A stretch of DNA of 64,000 nucleotides, from assembly GCF_964204645.1 (NCBI RefSeq), contig NC_134028.1, forward strand, positions 16,375,653 to 16,439,652. The letters run 5' to 3'. The notes below the pieces were generated by a model that saw nothing but the letters and a program-made list of their open reading frames with translations, had not been told where the DNA came from and ran no database searches. Below are positions 24,371-37,684 of this stretch, piece after piece; positions within the stretch are counted from its first letter, which is position 1; each line of letters starts with the position of its first letter. A program made the position numbers and the translations under genes. Origin of the DNA: Tubulanus polymorphus (taxonomy: Eukaryota; Animalia; Nemertea).

Positions 24371-24522
24371 TGTTGGAGATATGATTTAGTCATTGAAACG
24401 GTAGATTAACTTTTATATATTTTCCATGCTCCAACGCTCACCGGGGTTGGCGGGATTAGGCAGAATAAACGGTGTTCTCGTACTATAGAGACGTAGTTGT
24501 ATATATCGAGGAAATATCGACA
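24371..24522 (+). repeat. 3' LTR of BEL element 2 (152 bp)
   Basis: TGTTGGAGATAT...ATATCGACA with AATAAA inside, directly after CCCCGGAGAG. Confidence 0.7.
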
Positions 24523-24729
24523 TTAGGTACCCTCCGATGTTGGACTTAGGTACCATTGGTGGCTTTAGGTACAATCGCGTTGGACTTTGGTACTCCCATA
24601 CATGAACCTAACCATACAATATTTAAAAATTATCTTTTCTATTTTCAAAACTACTTTTATTCGTTATGTACTAAAAGTACTAAGACTACTAAAGACACTA
24701 TGACACAAGGGGGTATTAATTGAAATATC

Positions 24730-25845
24730 TTTTTTAAGGTTATTTCATAAATTTATATTCATATGGAAATTGTAGTCTCAGTAATAATTTTGAACCTCTT
24801 ATTACTTTTTAATTTATTCATATATTCATCATGTAATTCAGTAGGTATAATTAATTTTCTTCCAATGATTGTTGCATAGATTTTCTATCTTTATTGTAGA
24901 ATAAAACTAAAAATCCAATGTTTTCTCTAAAATCTTTAACAATTGAATTATATGTTTGATTTAAAACCCATGATTTAAAACCCAAAATGTCTCCGAGAGA
25001 AAGCTAAATAGCATAGTTCACTTGCTCTAACTTTTGATTCATGTAAATTTGCACAATCATCTATAATGAATAATGTATTTGTTCCTTTATTAATATATAA
25101 TGCAATTTCTATACAATTATCTAAGTTATTCTTTACAGAAGTAGGATTTAATATTATAAATCTTTTATCTTTAAAAACTATATCTCAATTATACGTTTCA
25201 TTCATTTCATAAGTAGAATATTATTATATTATCAAAATGATTTTTTGACGCCTTATAAAACGTTACCATTATGAAACCTAAACAATGTTAACCATTCAGC
25301 GTCATTTTACAAACGACAGCCGTAAATCGATGTGCAAAACGTCACAGGTCTATGTGTACACAAATAAGCTATCTGGCAAAATATTATTGACATAGATGTA
25401 GAATGGCTTCCTTTGATTATATAATGACCTATATTTGAACGTCGAAATGTTATATTGCATTGAATATCATAAGAAGACGTATTGTAATAGTAAAGGATGT
25501 ATGATTATATCAGAAGCGGCAGGCATAAATAGAAATGATAAGTAAATCGGATTATTCGGTTAAATGGCGGATGTATACACGATTTGGAAGTCTGATATAA
25601 AAGTCAGACCCTGACGTGGGCATGCCGGTGGAATGACGAAGCTATCTACGATGTGTGTAGGGCCGGCGTGAATTTCATCAGCGGCTACAAGCGGTCAATA
25701 TGAAAATGTTTAAACATATAATTTCAATATCAAATTATTTTCTAAAATTAATTTTCTTGTTATAAATAGTTTCTAATAAATCTAATATGAAATACACACT
25801 CCAGTAACTAACATATTATCTGGTCCAAATATAAATAAATCTTTT
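24730..25845 (-). pseudogene. FtsK/A32-like packaging ATPase, interrupted by a ~470-bp insertion (~25247-25720)
   Basis: Walker B TLFIIDDCA..SELCYLAFSRRHFG..NQ.YNSIVKDFREN. Confidence 0.75.
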
Positions 25846-25846
25846 T

Positions 25847-26615
25847 TCATTTATTCTTTAAATTTTTACTAGATAAAATCCGTTCATTAAATTTATCATC
25901 ATACCCTTTATATTTCACCAAAGAATATTTCGTACCACGTAATGTTTTTGTTTTAAATACATTTTTTATTTTGTATTCTATCATCTGGATTTGGTACATG
26001 TGATAATTCTTGTTCATAAGAATAACCTTATATTTCTTCATCTTTTAGATTTATTTCTTATTTATAAACAAATTATTTTTTATTATTTAATATTATGTTT
26101 TTAATTTTAAATATTTCTTCAGTAAAATTTGGAGTATAACCTTTATAAATTTTTTTTCTTTATTTTTAGAAATTCTAACATGTTGTCCTATTTTAAATTT
26201 AGGTGACCCGAAATCAAGTGTAACAAACGCACCATATAAATTATTCCAAACTAGTTGTCAATTATCTTCTTTTCTAGCTTGTATAGGTTTCATACCAATA
26301 CTTGAATGTTTAGAATCATTATAACCTTTCACTAAATCATATAATACATCGATATATTTATATGTTCCATTAGCAGTAAAAAATTTCCACATTCTAGCTT
26401 TCAATTTTTTATTAAATCTTTCTATGATAGATGCTTTTTTATCTGAGTGTGTTGAAAAATTTTCTATTTTGTTATCGGATAATAATTTTTAAAATTCTTT
26501 ACCTTCATCAAATTGTATCTTATCTGGGATAACTTGTTTAAATATATTTTTTAATGCATTAGTTATTTCTATACCAGTTTTGTTTTTGATTGGAATTGAC
26601 CATGCGTATCTACTG

Positions 26616-26706
<91 letters not shown>

Positions 26707-26972
26707 CCAAAAATATCCTTTATTGTATTCTTCTAAGTTTTTCATATCAATTAAATCTGCTTGCCATTGTTGATCATTATATGAAACCATAACCTTTCTT
26801 CTTAAATAGTGTTTGTAAATGTTGGTTGATTTTGTAACCATAATTTCAATTTACTATATTTCATATTTTCATTATCAAATTTTATTTTATCCCATAATTC
26901 TGTAACACTAGAATATGATACTTCACTCTCTGGGTTATAATATAAATCTCTTAAATATTGTTCTTTTTTCAT
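25847..26972 (-). pseudogene. Polinton-type retroviral-like (rve) integrase with C-terminal chromodomain
   Basis: LYYNP.S..SYSS, QWQADLIDM, FSRYAWSIPIKNKT, QFDEGKEF, KASIIERFN, YN..KHSSIGMKP, LVKYKGYDDKFN. Disrupted by (TA)n and frameshifts. Confidence 0.88.
26619..26703. repeat. (TA)n microsatellite inside the integrase
   Basis: About 42 perfect TA units. Confidence 0.97.
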
Positions 26973-27543
26973 CTTATTTTAATCCATTAATAATAATTTC
27001 GATTTATTTTCAATGATCTTATCATTTGATTTTTTTTAGGTTAGTTTTTTTTTAGTTAGTTGAATTATTGTTGCATAAAGAATTACAATATCATATATGA
27101 ATAAATTAAAAAACTCAATTTGAATTATGTAATCTATAATCTATAATTATATAATTAATTCGTGAATATATTTATGATTTTTTAAACTCTTTGAATTTTT
27201 ATACTTTTTATTATATATTTCACAACACGTAATATTATTCAATTTATCTGAATTATAATATATGTTATCTTTTAATTCTATATATTTAATTTTACAAGTA
27301 TCGTAAAATTCTAATAACTGTTTTAATGAGTAAATTGAAACAGAAACCATTCCGGATATCATAATAATTAACTTAATGCTCTCTTGATATCTGTATATAA
27401 GATGTAATAAATTTAATATATTTTCGCTCATTTATTTATTAGATCAATTCACTAATCTGATTCAATAACTTTTTTATGAATTCACTGTGTATTTATTTAC
27501 TTTCAATTTATTATACAAACTTTTTATTAAAATTGATTTCATA

Positions 27544-27696
<153 letters not shown>

Positions 27697-27705
27697 TATT
27701 ATTAC

Positions 27706-27860
27706 AGTAATAGGGTAAGTGTTGTTTCATATCAGAGGTTGAAAGGTTGTTTGTGAGTGAAAAATAAAAAAATAAATTCGAGCGTGTAAGAATTTATTTT
27801 TTATTTTTTATGAGCTGGACCTTTCGACCTCTGGTATGAAAAGACACTTACCCTATTACT
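27706..27860. repeat. 155-bp terminal hairpin of remnant B
   Basis: AGTAATAGGGTAAGTGT...AATTC-gagcgtgtaa-GAATT...ACACTTACCCTATTACT. Confidence 0.88.
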
Positions 27861-27869
27861 AATCACTCG

Positions 27870-28110
27870 TCTAAGCGCATACGAGCCCGATGCTCCTCGG
27901 TTTGACAACCTTCACACTGAGTTAAAAATATGGCGTGGAAGGTGGATTGGAACAGACGAAACAAAGTGTCCGAAATAACCGTGTGCCACCTTGAAGGCAT
28001 GTTCGAAATATTCCTTGTCAAGTATTCATTGCAGATCGCTTGCGTAATTCCGGTAACTAGTTGCGAGGCAGAGCGATCTTTCTCTACTTTTCGGCGTGTG
28101 AAACTGTGTT
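27870..28110 (+). pseudogene. hAT transposase C-terminal dimerisation domain fragment
   Basis: LQIACVIPVTSCEAERSFSTFRRVK motif. Confidence 0.7.
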
Positions 28111-29595
28111 GCGTTCTAGATGAGAGAGGAGCGCCTAGTGGCGCTCGTTTTAGCGAACAGTAGGTCACAGTCGTCAGGTATCAATTATGCGGAAAACGTC
28201 CAGCATTTTATAAACCAGAAGCCGCGTCGTTTGTTTTCATATACGTGTGAACAGATATGAACTAAACATGATATTAAAGGTTTCGTTATGAAGTAACGTA
28301 CATGTACTAGTCCTGTCTCGTATGGTATAGTATATAATTCGTCGGCGCCCAGGCTGGAACGCGAGCCTGGAAATAACTATGCCTGTAACCTGATACAGAT
28401 CAGGCATGGAATTGTCATGACGGTTATGGCAGCCACTTGGTCAATTTTGCTGAATGGGTAGCCAGACCAGGAAATTATCGGGAAATATGAGAATAGGACC
28501 AGTATACTATTCGTATGGTGTTGCCATCTGATGTTGATGTCGATGCTACACGCATTACACACATTACACTAAGACGCTTTGACCATGAACGTAGGCATTT
28601 AACTAAAGTTTACGTACATTCAGTTAGTTTTTTTTCCTGGGAATGGCTTTCAATATACGGGTAATATGTACAACTAAGCATAGTTTACATTAAATGAATG
28701 GATAGTAAATTTACCTTTCTAGTGCTTTGGATACTTTCATTCGGGGTAATTCTAATCTGAGTTTCAGCTGTCCAACCTAAAGTATTAATAATAAATGATT
28801 AAGCAAAAAAGTAGCTCTTTTCGCAGTCGCGAGTATCACAGAGACAAACTGTGACGCAATTCTGGTATGTTCATTATATTTTTCATTTATCTGAACAACA
28901 CATTAAAGAGGATTATCCAGCTTTTTCATTCAGACGATTTTAGATGTGACGGTTAAGGCGTGCATCATAGGCGACTATTTTATTCAGCATTCAGCGTCAG
29001 CAGTAAGGTAATCTACAAACATTTATTCCTTGGCGAGCCATACACGTCAATAGCTCATTGAAGATAAGTTTTACATGTGCACACGCTAGTCCAATAAGAG
29101 TTAATCGTATTAAAAAAACGCATCGATATCACCGATATCAACAATGTAAGTGGAAAAAACAAAGATGGTAGGCAGAATTGATAATGGAAATGGTGGTAAA
29201 AACGCAAGTATCAAAATCAAGTCATGATTATTGAATCATTTTATTTACACGTTCCAATCGATTTCGACTCATATTGTCGAGTCCTTTTTCAGGAAATGAA
29301 TATATACGTGGTATACTATCAATAACAAGGCAATTCGATACTACGTATCTATGTCCCCCACGATAGCCAGTATAGCCAGTATCAATGACCCCTGAAGACA
29401 CTGATCTTCGGTATAGAAAAATGATGAATGTATCCAGGGATAACCATACTATGAAATATCATTTTCCTGCTATGAATGGTTATTTAAGAATTGAGTTTAC
29501 AGGGTTTTAGGCAAACGGCGTCTACCAACCTTGACCTTTGACCCTAGAACTCCAAAATCACTAATGCACATCCTCTTCCCAGGGGTAATCATACT

Positions 29596-30104
29596 AGTAT
29601 TAGGGTATTATTTGTTCTATACCAAAGGTGGAACGGTCGAAAAATAAATTCTCGCACACTCGTATTTATTTTTCGACCATTCAACATTTGATACAAAACA
29701 ACTAATACCCTATTACTTCTACATAATCACAAGTCTCATAATTTACAAGCCTCAACACGTTGAGTATTGCGTAATACATGTTGATTCTAGATGGATGGTT
29801 CTAGAAAACTACATTAGCCAATCACAGTTGAGTATTACACTATCCAATCACAGTTGAGTATTCCCAGCCAATCACAGTTGAGTATTCCCTATTACTCTAT
29901 CCAATCACAGTTGAGTATTCCCTATTATTCTAGCCAATCACAAGCCTCATAATTTACAAGCCTCAACACGCAGCTGGGTTTTCCCCACTGTCGAGTAGTA
30001 TAAATAGGAGGGACGCACCACGTGGCGGGACGCGTTGAGAGGTAAGTGTTATGTTCAATTTTAATAAAAAATATCTTTTTAAAATAGAGAGTAGTAAGAA
30101 GTAC
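29596..30104 (+). repeat. Left TIR (122-bp terminal hairpin, CCAAT array, TATA, first codons)
   Basis: Reverse complement of 40298-40832 apart from scattered substitutions and one repeat-unit indel. Confidence 0.93.
29818..30006 (+). promoter_or_regulatory. Putative inward-facing promoter in the left TIR
   Basis: Five CCAATCACA units, then TATAAATA (29999-30006) 45 bp before ATG 30051. Mirrored at 40395-40612. Confidence 0.55.
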
Positions 30105-33100
30105 TACTGTTCAACATGTAAAATTAATATTGATAAATCTCATAAAGCAAGACACAATAAAACTAAATCTCACTTAGAAAATAAATTAAAGTGAGAATAT
30201 AAAGATGATATATTAGAAAATAAATTAGATGAATTAAAGAATGAAAAAGAAATATATAAATGTGATACATGTAATCAATCATTCAGTGAACAAAGATATT
30301 ATGAACAACATTTAAAATCTAAAAGTCATATTAGAAATATGAATAATGATATTTTAGGTGAAGATTATTTTGATAATGATTGTATTAAACCGAAGACAAT
30401 TAAAAGAATAAAAGATACTCTAAATAATAAGAAATCATATATGGAAAATGTTAGAAATTATATTTATTCATTAGATAATAAAAAAGAAATAGAAATAACC
30501 GAAGCATTCAAAAGTGATATTGGACCAGCTGCAATTGAATTTAAATTTCATAAAGGCAAAACATTAGAAGAAAATAAAAAGCATTTAGAAAATATGAAAA
30601 ATATTATAAGAATAATTACAGATGTTGAATACCCTATAATTAGTATATCTTCTAAAGTTAAATTTATAAAATCTAAAGATAAACCAATATATAATATAAA
30701 TTCTCATTCACAACATATAATATCTAAACAACATATAGATGATAGATTAGATAAATGTTATAATGAAATAAAAAGTAAAATAGAAGAGAAATATTTTGAA
30801 GGATCAGGTTTAATATTTGATGAAATAATATTTATGACTTTACATGTATAGAATACAAAATATAATAAGCTAACTGAATCAAAACCAATTGATGAAAATA
30901 ATTTATTATATTATAAAGATAATAATATAAATGGATCAAGTTATATCAAATTACCATTTAAAACTAATGCTGTAATAAATGTACAAAATGAAGATGATAA
31001 ATGTTTTCTTTGGTCAATTATAAGTTGCTTACATCCAACAGAAGATATTACACATAGTTTTAGATTGACAAATTATAAAAAATTTGAAAATAATTATAAG
31101 ACAGATAATCATCCTGTTAGAATTAAAAATATCCCAAAAATAGAAAGAGATAATAATATAAAGATAAATGTGTTTGATTTAGTCAAATTACCAAAAACAA
31201 AAGGTAACAATATAAAACATCACACATTAGAACCTTTATACCTATCAAAAGATTATGATTCAAATGATGTTATAGATATATCATATTATGGGAAACATTA
31301 TATGTATATTAAAATTGATTTATTTTTTAAATCAGAAAATGGTTTTGATAATAAGATATATCTATGTAGAAAATGTATAACTTAATTCAGATAGTGCAAA
31401 AAATTGCATTATTAAATCATAAACAATTATGTGAAAATCATGATTATTGTAAAAAATGTCTTACCAAATGAAAAGGATAAATTATTAGAATTCAAAAAAT
31501 ATAATTACAAGAATAAAGTACCATTTGTAATATATGGAGATTTTTAATCATTAAATAAAGAATTAACTGATCAAGATAGAAAAGAAATATATCATAAAAT
31601 AAAGAAATTAAATTCTATTGAAAATGATGTAATTGATTATTCAGATCCTCTAATAACAAATACCATTGAAAAGATTCATCGAATGCTGCAGCTTTCGGGT
31701 TATATATAAAATCTGATTACCCAGAACTAATTAAAAGTGAATATTATAATTACAGAAATGAAAATGTTATCAATCATTTTTGTGACTTATTAATTGAATA
31801 TGAAATAAAATTTAATAAATTGTTAAATAAAAATAAAGAAATAATTATGACAGAAGATATAGAAGAATTTGAGTTTGCTGATAAATGTTATCATTGTGAA
31901 ACGATATTTAATTATAAAAAAGTTAGAGACCATGATCATTTGAATGGAAAGTTTAGAGGCGCAGCGCATGAATATTGTCACTTACAAGCTAAGAAAATTA
32001 ACTTTGTTCCAGTAATACTTCACAATTTATCAGGGTATGATGCTCATTTATTTATCAAACAGTTATGCCATAAAATAGAAGAAATCAATAATGAAATAGA
32101 AAGAGTAAATTCAAATAGATCAAAAGATAAAATACCAACATATAAATTTAAAATGTTAGCTAAAACATCTGAGAATTATATATCTTTCCAATTTGGATGC
32201 CTAAGATTTATAGATTCATATAGATTTTTAAGTAGTTCATTAGATAATTTATCAAAATCATAAGTTGATGATGAATTAAAGATATTAAAGCAACACTATC
32301 CAAATAATGATGATTTTCAATTAATGAGATATAAAGGAGCAATTCCATATTCATTTTATAAATCACATGATGATTTCAATATAACTGAAATATTAAAAGA
32401 ACAATTCTGTGATGAATTAAAAAATGAATATGTTAAAGATGAAGTCTATGATAGAACATTGAATATTTGGAATCATTTTGAAATGAAAAATCATGGACAA
32501 TTAGTAGATTTATATTTAAAATCAGATGTATTATTATTAACTGATATATTTGAAAGGTTTAGAGATGTAAATCTAAAATATTTTAATATTGATCCATGCC
32601 ATTGTTATTCTAGTCCAGGTTTAACTTGGGATTGTGGTTTAAAATTTACAGATATAAAAATGGTTTTGTTAACAAATATAGATCAATTATTATTATTTGA
32701 AAAATCTATAACATGAGGTGTTTCGGGTGTATTAGGCGATAGATATTTCAATGTAAATGATAACCCTGGATATAAGTTATTATATGTAGATGCAAATAAT
32801 CTATATGGTTGGGCAATGATGGAACCTCAACCTTATGGAGTATTTGAAATAACTGAAGTTTTACAGCATGAAAATAATGATACATTTGATTGGAAGAAAA
32901 GAAATCTAGATATTGCGGATGATTCAGATACTGGTTACTTCTTTGTAGTAGATTTAGAATACCCTGAAAATATTAATTTTAAATCTAGAAATCTAGCATA
33001 CTGCCCCGAACATAAAACTGTTACACACGAAGAATTTTCAAATTATCAATAAGAATTAAACCCGAAAATCATATTCATACAGAAAAATTAAAGGTAACTC

Positions 33101-34119
33101 AGGAAGATAAATATAATTATGTAGTGCATTATAGAATGTTAAAATTCTATTTGAATCAAGGAATGATTCTAAAAAAAGTACATAGATATATTTCGTTCAG
33201 TCAATCTAAATGGTTAGAAAAATATATAGATTTTAACACCAAATAGAGAACTTAAGCTAAAACCGATTTCGAGAAAGATTTCTTCAAACTAATGAATAAT
33301 GCATTCTATGGTAAGACTTGTGAAAATATTAGAAATAGAAATGATATTGAGTTAGTTAGCAATGGTAAAAGGATAAGGCATTTACAAACATATCCTAAAT
33401 TTATCGGTACCAGAATATTTGATAAAAATTTAGCTGCAGTTAAAATGAGAACTTCTATGAAATTTAATAAACCAATTTATGTTGGTGCTTCAGTTTTAGA
33501 AATATCAAAATTATTAATGTATGAATTTTACTATAACGTTTTACAACCTTATTTTGGAGAAAAGCATATAGAAATCTTATATTTTGATACTGACAGTTAC
33601 ATATTAAAGATTAAAACTAATAAAATAACAGATGACTTAAAAACATTAAAACATAATTTTGATTTCGGTAATTATCCTAAAGATCATGAATTGTTTAACA
33701 ATGATAATAAAAAGGTGCCCGGTAAATTCAAAGATGAATTAGGAGGTGAAGAAATGATAGAATTTATAGGTATTAGATCTAAAATGTATTCATATAAAAC
33801 TAAAACTCATGAAGCTAAAAATTTAAAAGGAATTACTAAAAGTGTAGTAGAAAAGAAAATTCATTTCAAAGATTACATCAATTGTATATTTAATGAAGAA
33901 GTTAGAAAACAAAAGATGAAATGTTTAAGATCTGAGTACCACGAGATGTTTATTGAAGAAATAGAAAAGGTTAGTTTGAACCCATTTGATGATAAAAGAT
34001 ATATTCTGGATGATGGTATACACACAGTTGCTTATGGTTGCAATTTAGAAGAATATCTAAAACTTAAAAGAGAAGAAACAAAAGAAATGGAAATAATGAA
34101 CAGGATTCTAAAATGTTAA
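30051..34119 (+). pseudogene. polB: Protein-primed family B DNA polymerase with N-terminal C2H2 fingers, terminal-protein/OTU-like region and endonuclease VII insert
   Basis: EGSG, GSSYIKLP, NEDDKCFLWS, YGDF, VRDHDHLNGKFRGAAH, HNLSGYD, FIDSYRFL, YLKSDV, YVDANNLYGWAM, KLMNNAFYGK, YFDTDS, KMYSY, KGI. Multiple stops and frameshifts. Confidence 0.93.
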
Positions 34120-34148
34120 TCAATTTTTAATACAAATATATATTATAA

Positions 34149-34766
34149 ATGGAAAATACACAAACTATAAATATAAACAATAAGAAATGTTGGAAGTGTA
34201 AAATAAATAAATCATTATCAGAATATTATAAAGATAAATATTCTAATGATGGTAAGCAAAGTTACTGTAAAAGCTGTACTAAAGTTGTTAATAAATCATT
34301 TCATGAAAATAACCCAGAATATATGAGAGATTGGAAAAAATATAACCGTGAACATATCAATAATTATTAAAAAGTAAAATAAAATTCAGATCCATTATTC
34401 AAATTATCAAAAATTCATAGATCTAGTTTGAACAGAGTTTTCAAAAATTATATAAAATCTGATAGATCAATTGGTTATTTATGGTGCTCTATAGAATTTT
34501 TTAAAGCATGGATAGAATATCAGTTCGATAATAATATGACATTTGAGAATCATGGAGAATATTGGGAGTTAGATCATGTTATCCCATTATCATCAATAGA
34601 AGATGAATCTGAAATAAAAACAATATGTAATTGGAAGAATATTCAACCTTTATCGAAAATAGAAAATAGAATTAAACATGATAAAATTGATAATGAATTA
34701 TATAATAATCAAATAATTAAAGCTGAAAGATTTATACAATTATGGAATAATATAAAAGGAATATGA
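34149..34766 (+). pseudogene. HNH/endonuclease VII-like protein with N-terminal CxxC..CxxC finger
   Basis: KKCWKCK..YYKDK..DGKQSYCKSC; CSIEFFKAWIEYQFDNNMTFENHGEYWELDHVIP..NWKNIQPL...ENRIKHDK. Confidence 0.72.
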
Positions 34767-34949
34767 TTGAATATCGAGAATCCGAAATGACTTATCTGGA
34801 CAATTTATTTGTTCCTATAGATAGACAAAAGTAGTGAGATATTAAAATCATATTCTTCTATTTCTTTTCAAAGAAGATTTTAAATAGAATTCAAATAAAA
34901 AATATTTAAAAAACAATAACTTCAACTATATAATGAATTCTATTATATT

Positions 34950-35190
34950 TTTATAGGTATTAGATCTAAAATGTATTCATATAAAACTAAAACTCATGAA
35001 GCTAAAAATTTAAAAGGAATTACTAAAAGTGTAGTAGAAAAGAACATTCATTTCAAAGATTACATCAATTGTATATTTAATGAAGAAGTTAGAAAAAAAA
35101 AGATGAAATGTTTAAGATCTGAGTACCACGAGATGTTTATTGAAGAAATAGAAAAGGTTAGTTTGAACCCATTTGATGATAAAAGATATA
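34950..35190 (+). repeat. 241-bp direct duplication of polB segment 33763-34003
   Basis: Near-identical sequence from TTTATAGGTATTAGATCT to GATAAAAGATATA. Confidence 0.92.
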
Positions 35191-35562
35191 GAAAATTTAG
35201 ATAATTGTATAAAAATAGCAATTGATATTTACAAAGGATCTAATACATTATTCATCATAGATGATAGTGCTAATTTACATGATTCAAAAGTTAGAGAAAG
35301 TGAACTATGTTATTTAGCTTTCTCTGGGAGACATTTTGGGATAACAACATGGGTTTCAAATCAAAAATATAATTCAATTGTTAAAGATTTTAGGGAAAAC
35401 ATTAGATTTTTAGTTTTATTCTACAATAAAGATAGAAAATCTATGCAACAATCTTTGGAAGAAAATCAAATTATACCTACTGACTTACATGATGAATATA
35501 TGAATAAATTAAAGAATAATAAAGGCTCAAAAATTACTTCTGACGCTTCAATTTCCTTATGA
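35191..35562 (+). pseudogene. Packaging ATPase, C-terminal half only
   Basis: TLFIIDDSA..LAFSGRHFGITTWVSNQKYNSIVKDFRENI. No Walker A motif. Confidence 0.8.
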
Positions 35563-35584
35563 ATATAAATTTATAAAATAAGGC

Positions 35585-35840
35585 ATTTAAAGCATTTACG
35601 TATTAGATACGTATTAAGTACGTATTAGATACGTATTAGATACATTAATACTTAAAACCCCTTTTTAAAAATGTTTTATTTATTTTAATTTTTCAACTAA
35701 TATATTTTTATTTTTTCAACTAAGTTTGAAAATAATAAAGGTTATTTAGATTAATACATATTAGATACATAAATACTTAAATACGTATTAGATACGTATT
35801 AAATACGTATTAGATACCTAAATGCTTAAAACCCCTTTTT
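35585..35840. repeat. Short repeats (GTATTAGATAC)n plus duplicated CTTAAAACCCCTTTTT at the convergence of the two gene blocks
   Basis: Two clusters, at 35598-35666 and 35755-35840. Confidence 0.7.
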
Positions 35841-36695
35841 TATTAACGATTATCTTATACCATTTTCAACTATTATTTTATATGAATGTGAGATTAACAT
35901 CATTTTCATCATCATCATCATCCTCCAATTCATCATCAGACTCTAACAATCTATTAAACCTATCTACCGGATCATCATAAGTTTCTTCATTATAATCCTT
36001 TTTCATCCTATCTACCGCAACATCAATAGTTACTACTTTACGTCTCGTCCAATCTGTATCTATATAATCTTCATTATCAATATGCTTATCTGTAACTATA
36101 TTTTCCTTATTTTCTTTCTTAGTGTTTGGTCTTAATATTTTATTTACAATGTTTGATCATCTTTACTGTGTTCAGGTACCTTAGATAAAAATTCACTTAA
36201 TAAATCTTTATATAAATCTTTACCATTTACTTTTTTATTTGAAACAAACTTTGTTACATATCTTAATGAGTGTTCTATAAATTCTCTTAAACCAACGCGT
36301 TTTATAACATTAATAATATGTACAAATGTATTCATATGGTTAATTCAATTTGATTGGCAGTTTGAAAATTCACCTTTACAATAACCACAATAATTTCTAT
36401 TTTCACTATGATCTAATATTATTTCATTATTATATGTAGAAGGTAAAACATTATCAGATGTAGGAGGTAAAACATTATTATCAATTTCATTACTTACATT
36501 ATCAACAACTTCACTTTTATTATTATCGATTTCTATTAGTTTAGTATTATAATTTTTGAAAATAGGATCAAATATCAAAGCTATATTACAAGGTATTACA
36601 TAATATAAGCCATCATTATTTTCATGTTTATCAATTTATGGAATATGTTTATATACTTTACCTGCCTCCATTTATTATAGAATTTTTTATTAAAA

Positions 36696-37509
36696 CTAAA
36701 ATTTTAATACATAACACTATTCAATTGAGAATTTACAATATTTAATTGCGCGTCAGATATAATATAAATGTGCATTTTGAAATTTAAACTTCCTTTTTTC
36801 TCTTTCATGAATAATTGTATCCCATCTTTTCTATTTTGTAGTTTTTTCCCAGAACCATGTAATGAATTATCCTCTGTTGTTCTTAGATCTAAACATAATG
36901 CATATTTATTACCAGTATAATAATCAATTTAATTATTATTACAATTTTAGCAAATGTTATTTCCAATATAATATCTTCTTGAATCGCATATTTATATAAA
37001 GGTGCATTATTATTTACCAATTCAAAGTCTAATGGAATTTTATATTTGCTTTCATAAATCTTTTTTATCAAATTATCTGTAGCATTAGTTATGATTGCAT
37101 TATTAGCTTCTGATCTTAATTTATCATGGTTTTCTGATTGGATGCCTTGAAATATCATATTACTTCCATTTTCTTTTGTTAACCATAAATCTTTATAATG
37201 CATAAATAAATTATAATCATCTAATGAAAAAACTGTTTCTGGTCCAATCTTTACAATTAATTTTTCAATCAAATATCTTCCAACATTATCGACAACATAA
37301 TTATTATCATGGCCAGATACTTTTATATCAGCAGATAAATAAATACGATTTGGAACATAAAAAGTATTTTTGTTACTCGAGGGATTCTAACATATAACGT
37401 TTCATCGGGATTAATATTAGATTATGGGTAATTATATGATGAGATCTCTCTGCTTTAATAGCATTAGATATTCTTGAATTCTTAGAAGGATTTATGTAAC
37501 TTCCCTCAT
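36696..37509 (-). pseudogene. Major capsid (hexon-like, double jelly-roll) protein, internally deleted
   Basis: ITHN..INPDETLYVRIP..VPNRIYLSADI..NVGRYLIEKLIVK..YKDLW..GIQSEN..YKIPLDFEL and C-terminal DNSLHGSG..HIYIISDAQLNI resemble capsids of invertebrate adintovirus-like Polintons (recognised from memory). Confidence 0.7.
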
Positions 37510-37684
37510 TTATTTAACAAAAAAATTAATTATTTATTTTTCATCATATTCACTAATCCAAAAATAATTGCACTTACAACTGTAATTAAGAATAAAATAA
37601 AATATTTTTATTAAAATCTATTGCAGGAATATTATATTTAATTGATTTATTATATTGAAAAGCTTTTAGAAAACTATCTACCAT

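Larger units (their letters stand above)
19945..24522 (+). mobile_element. BEL/Pao LTR retrotransposon 2, 5'-truncated, young
   Basis: Uninterrupted gag-end/PR/RT/RH/IN frame followed by a short TG..CA LTR. Confidence 0.93.
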
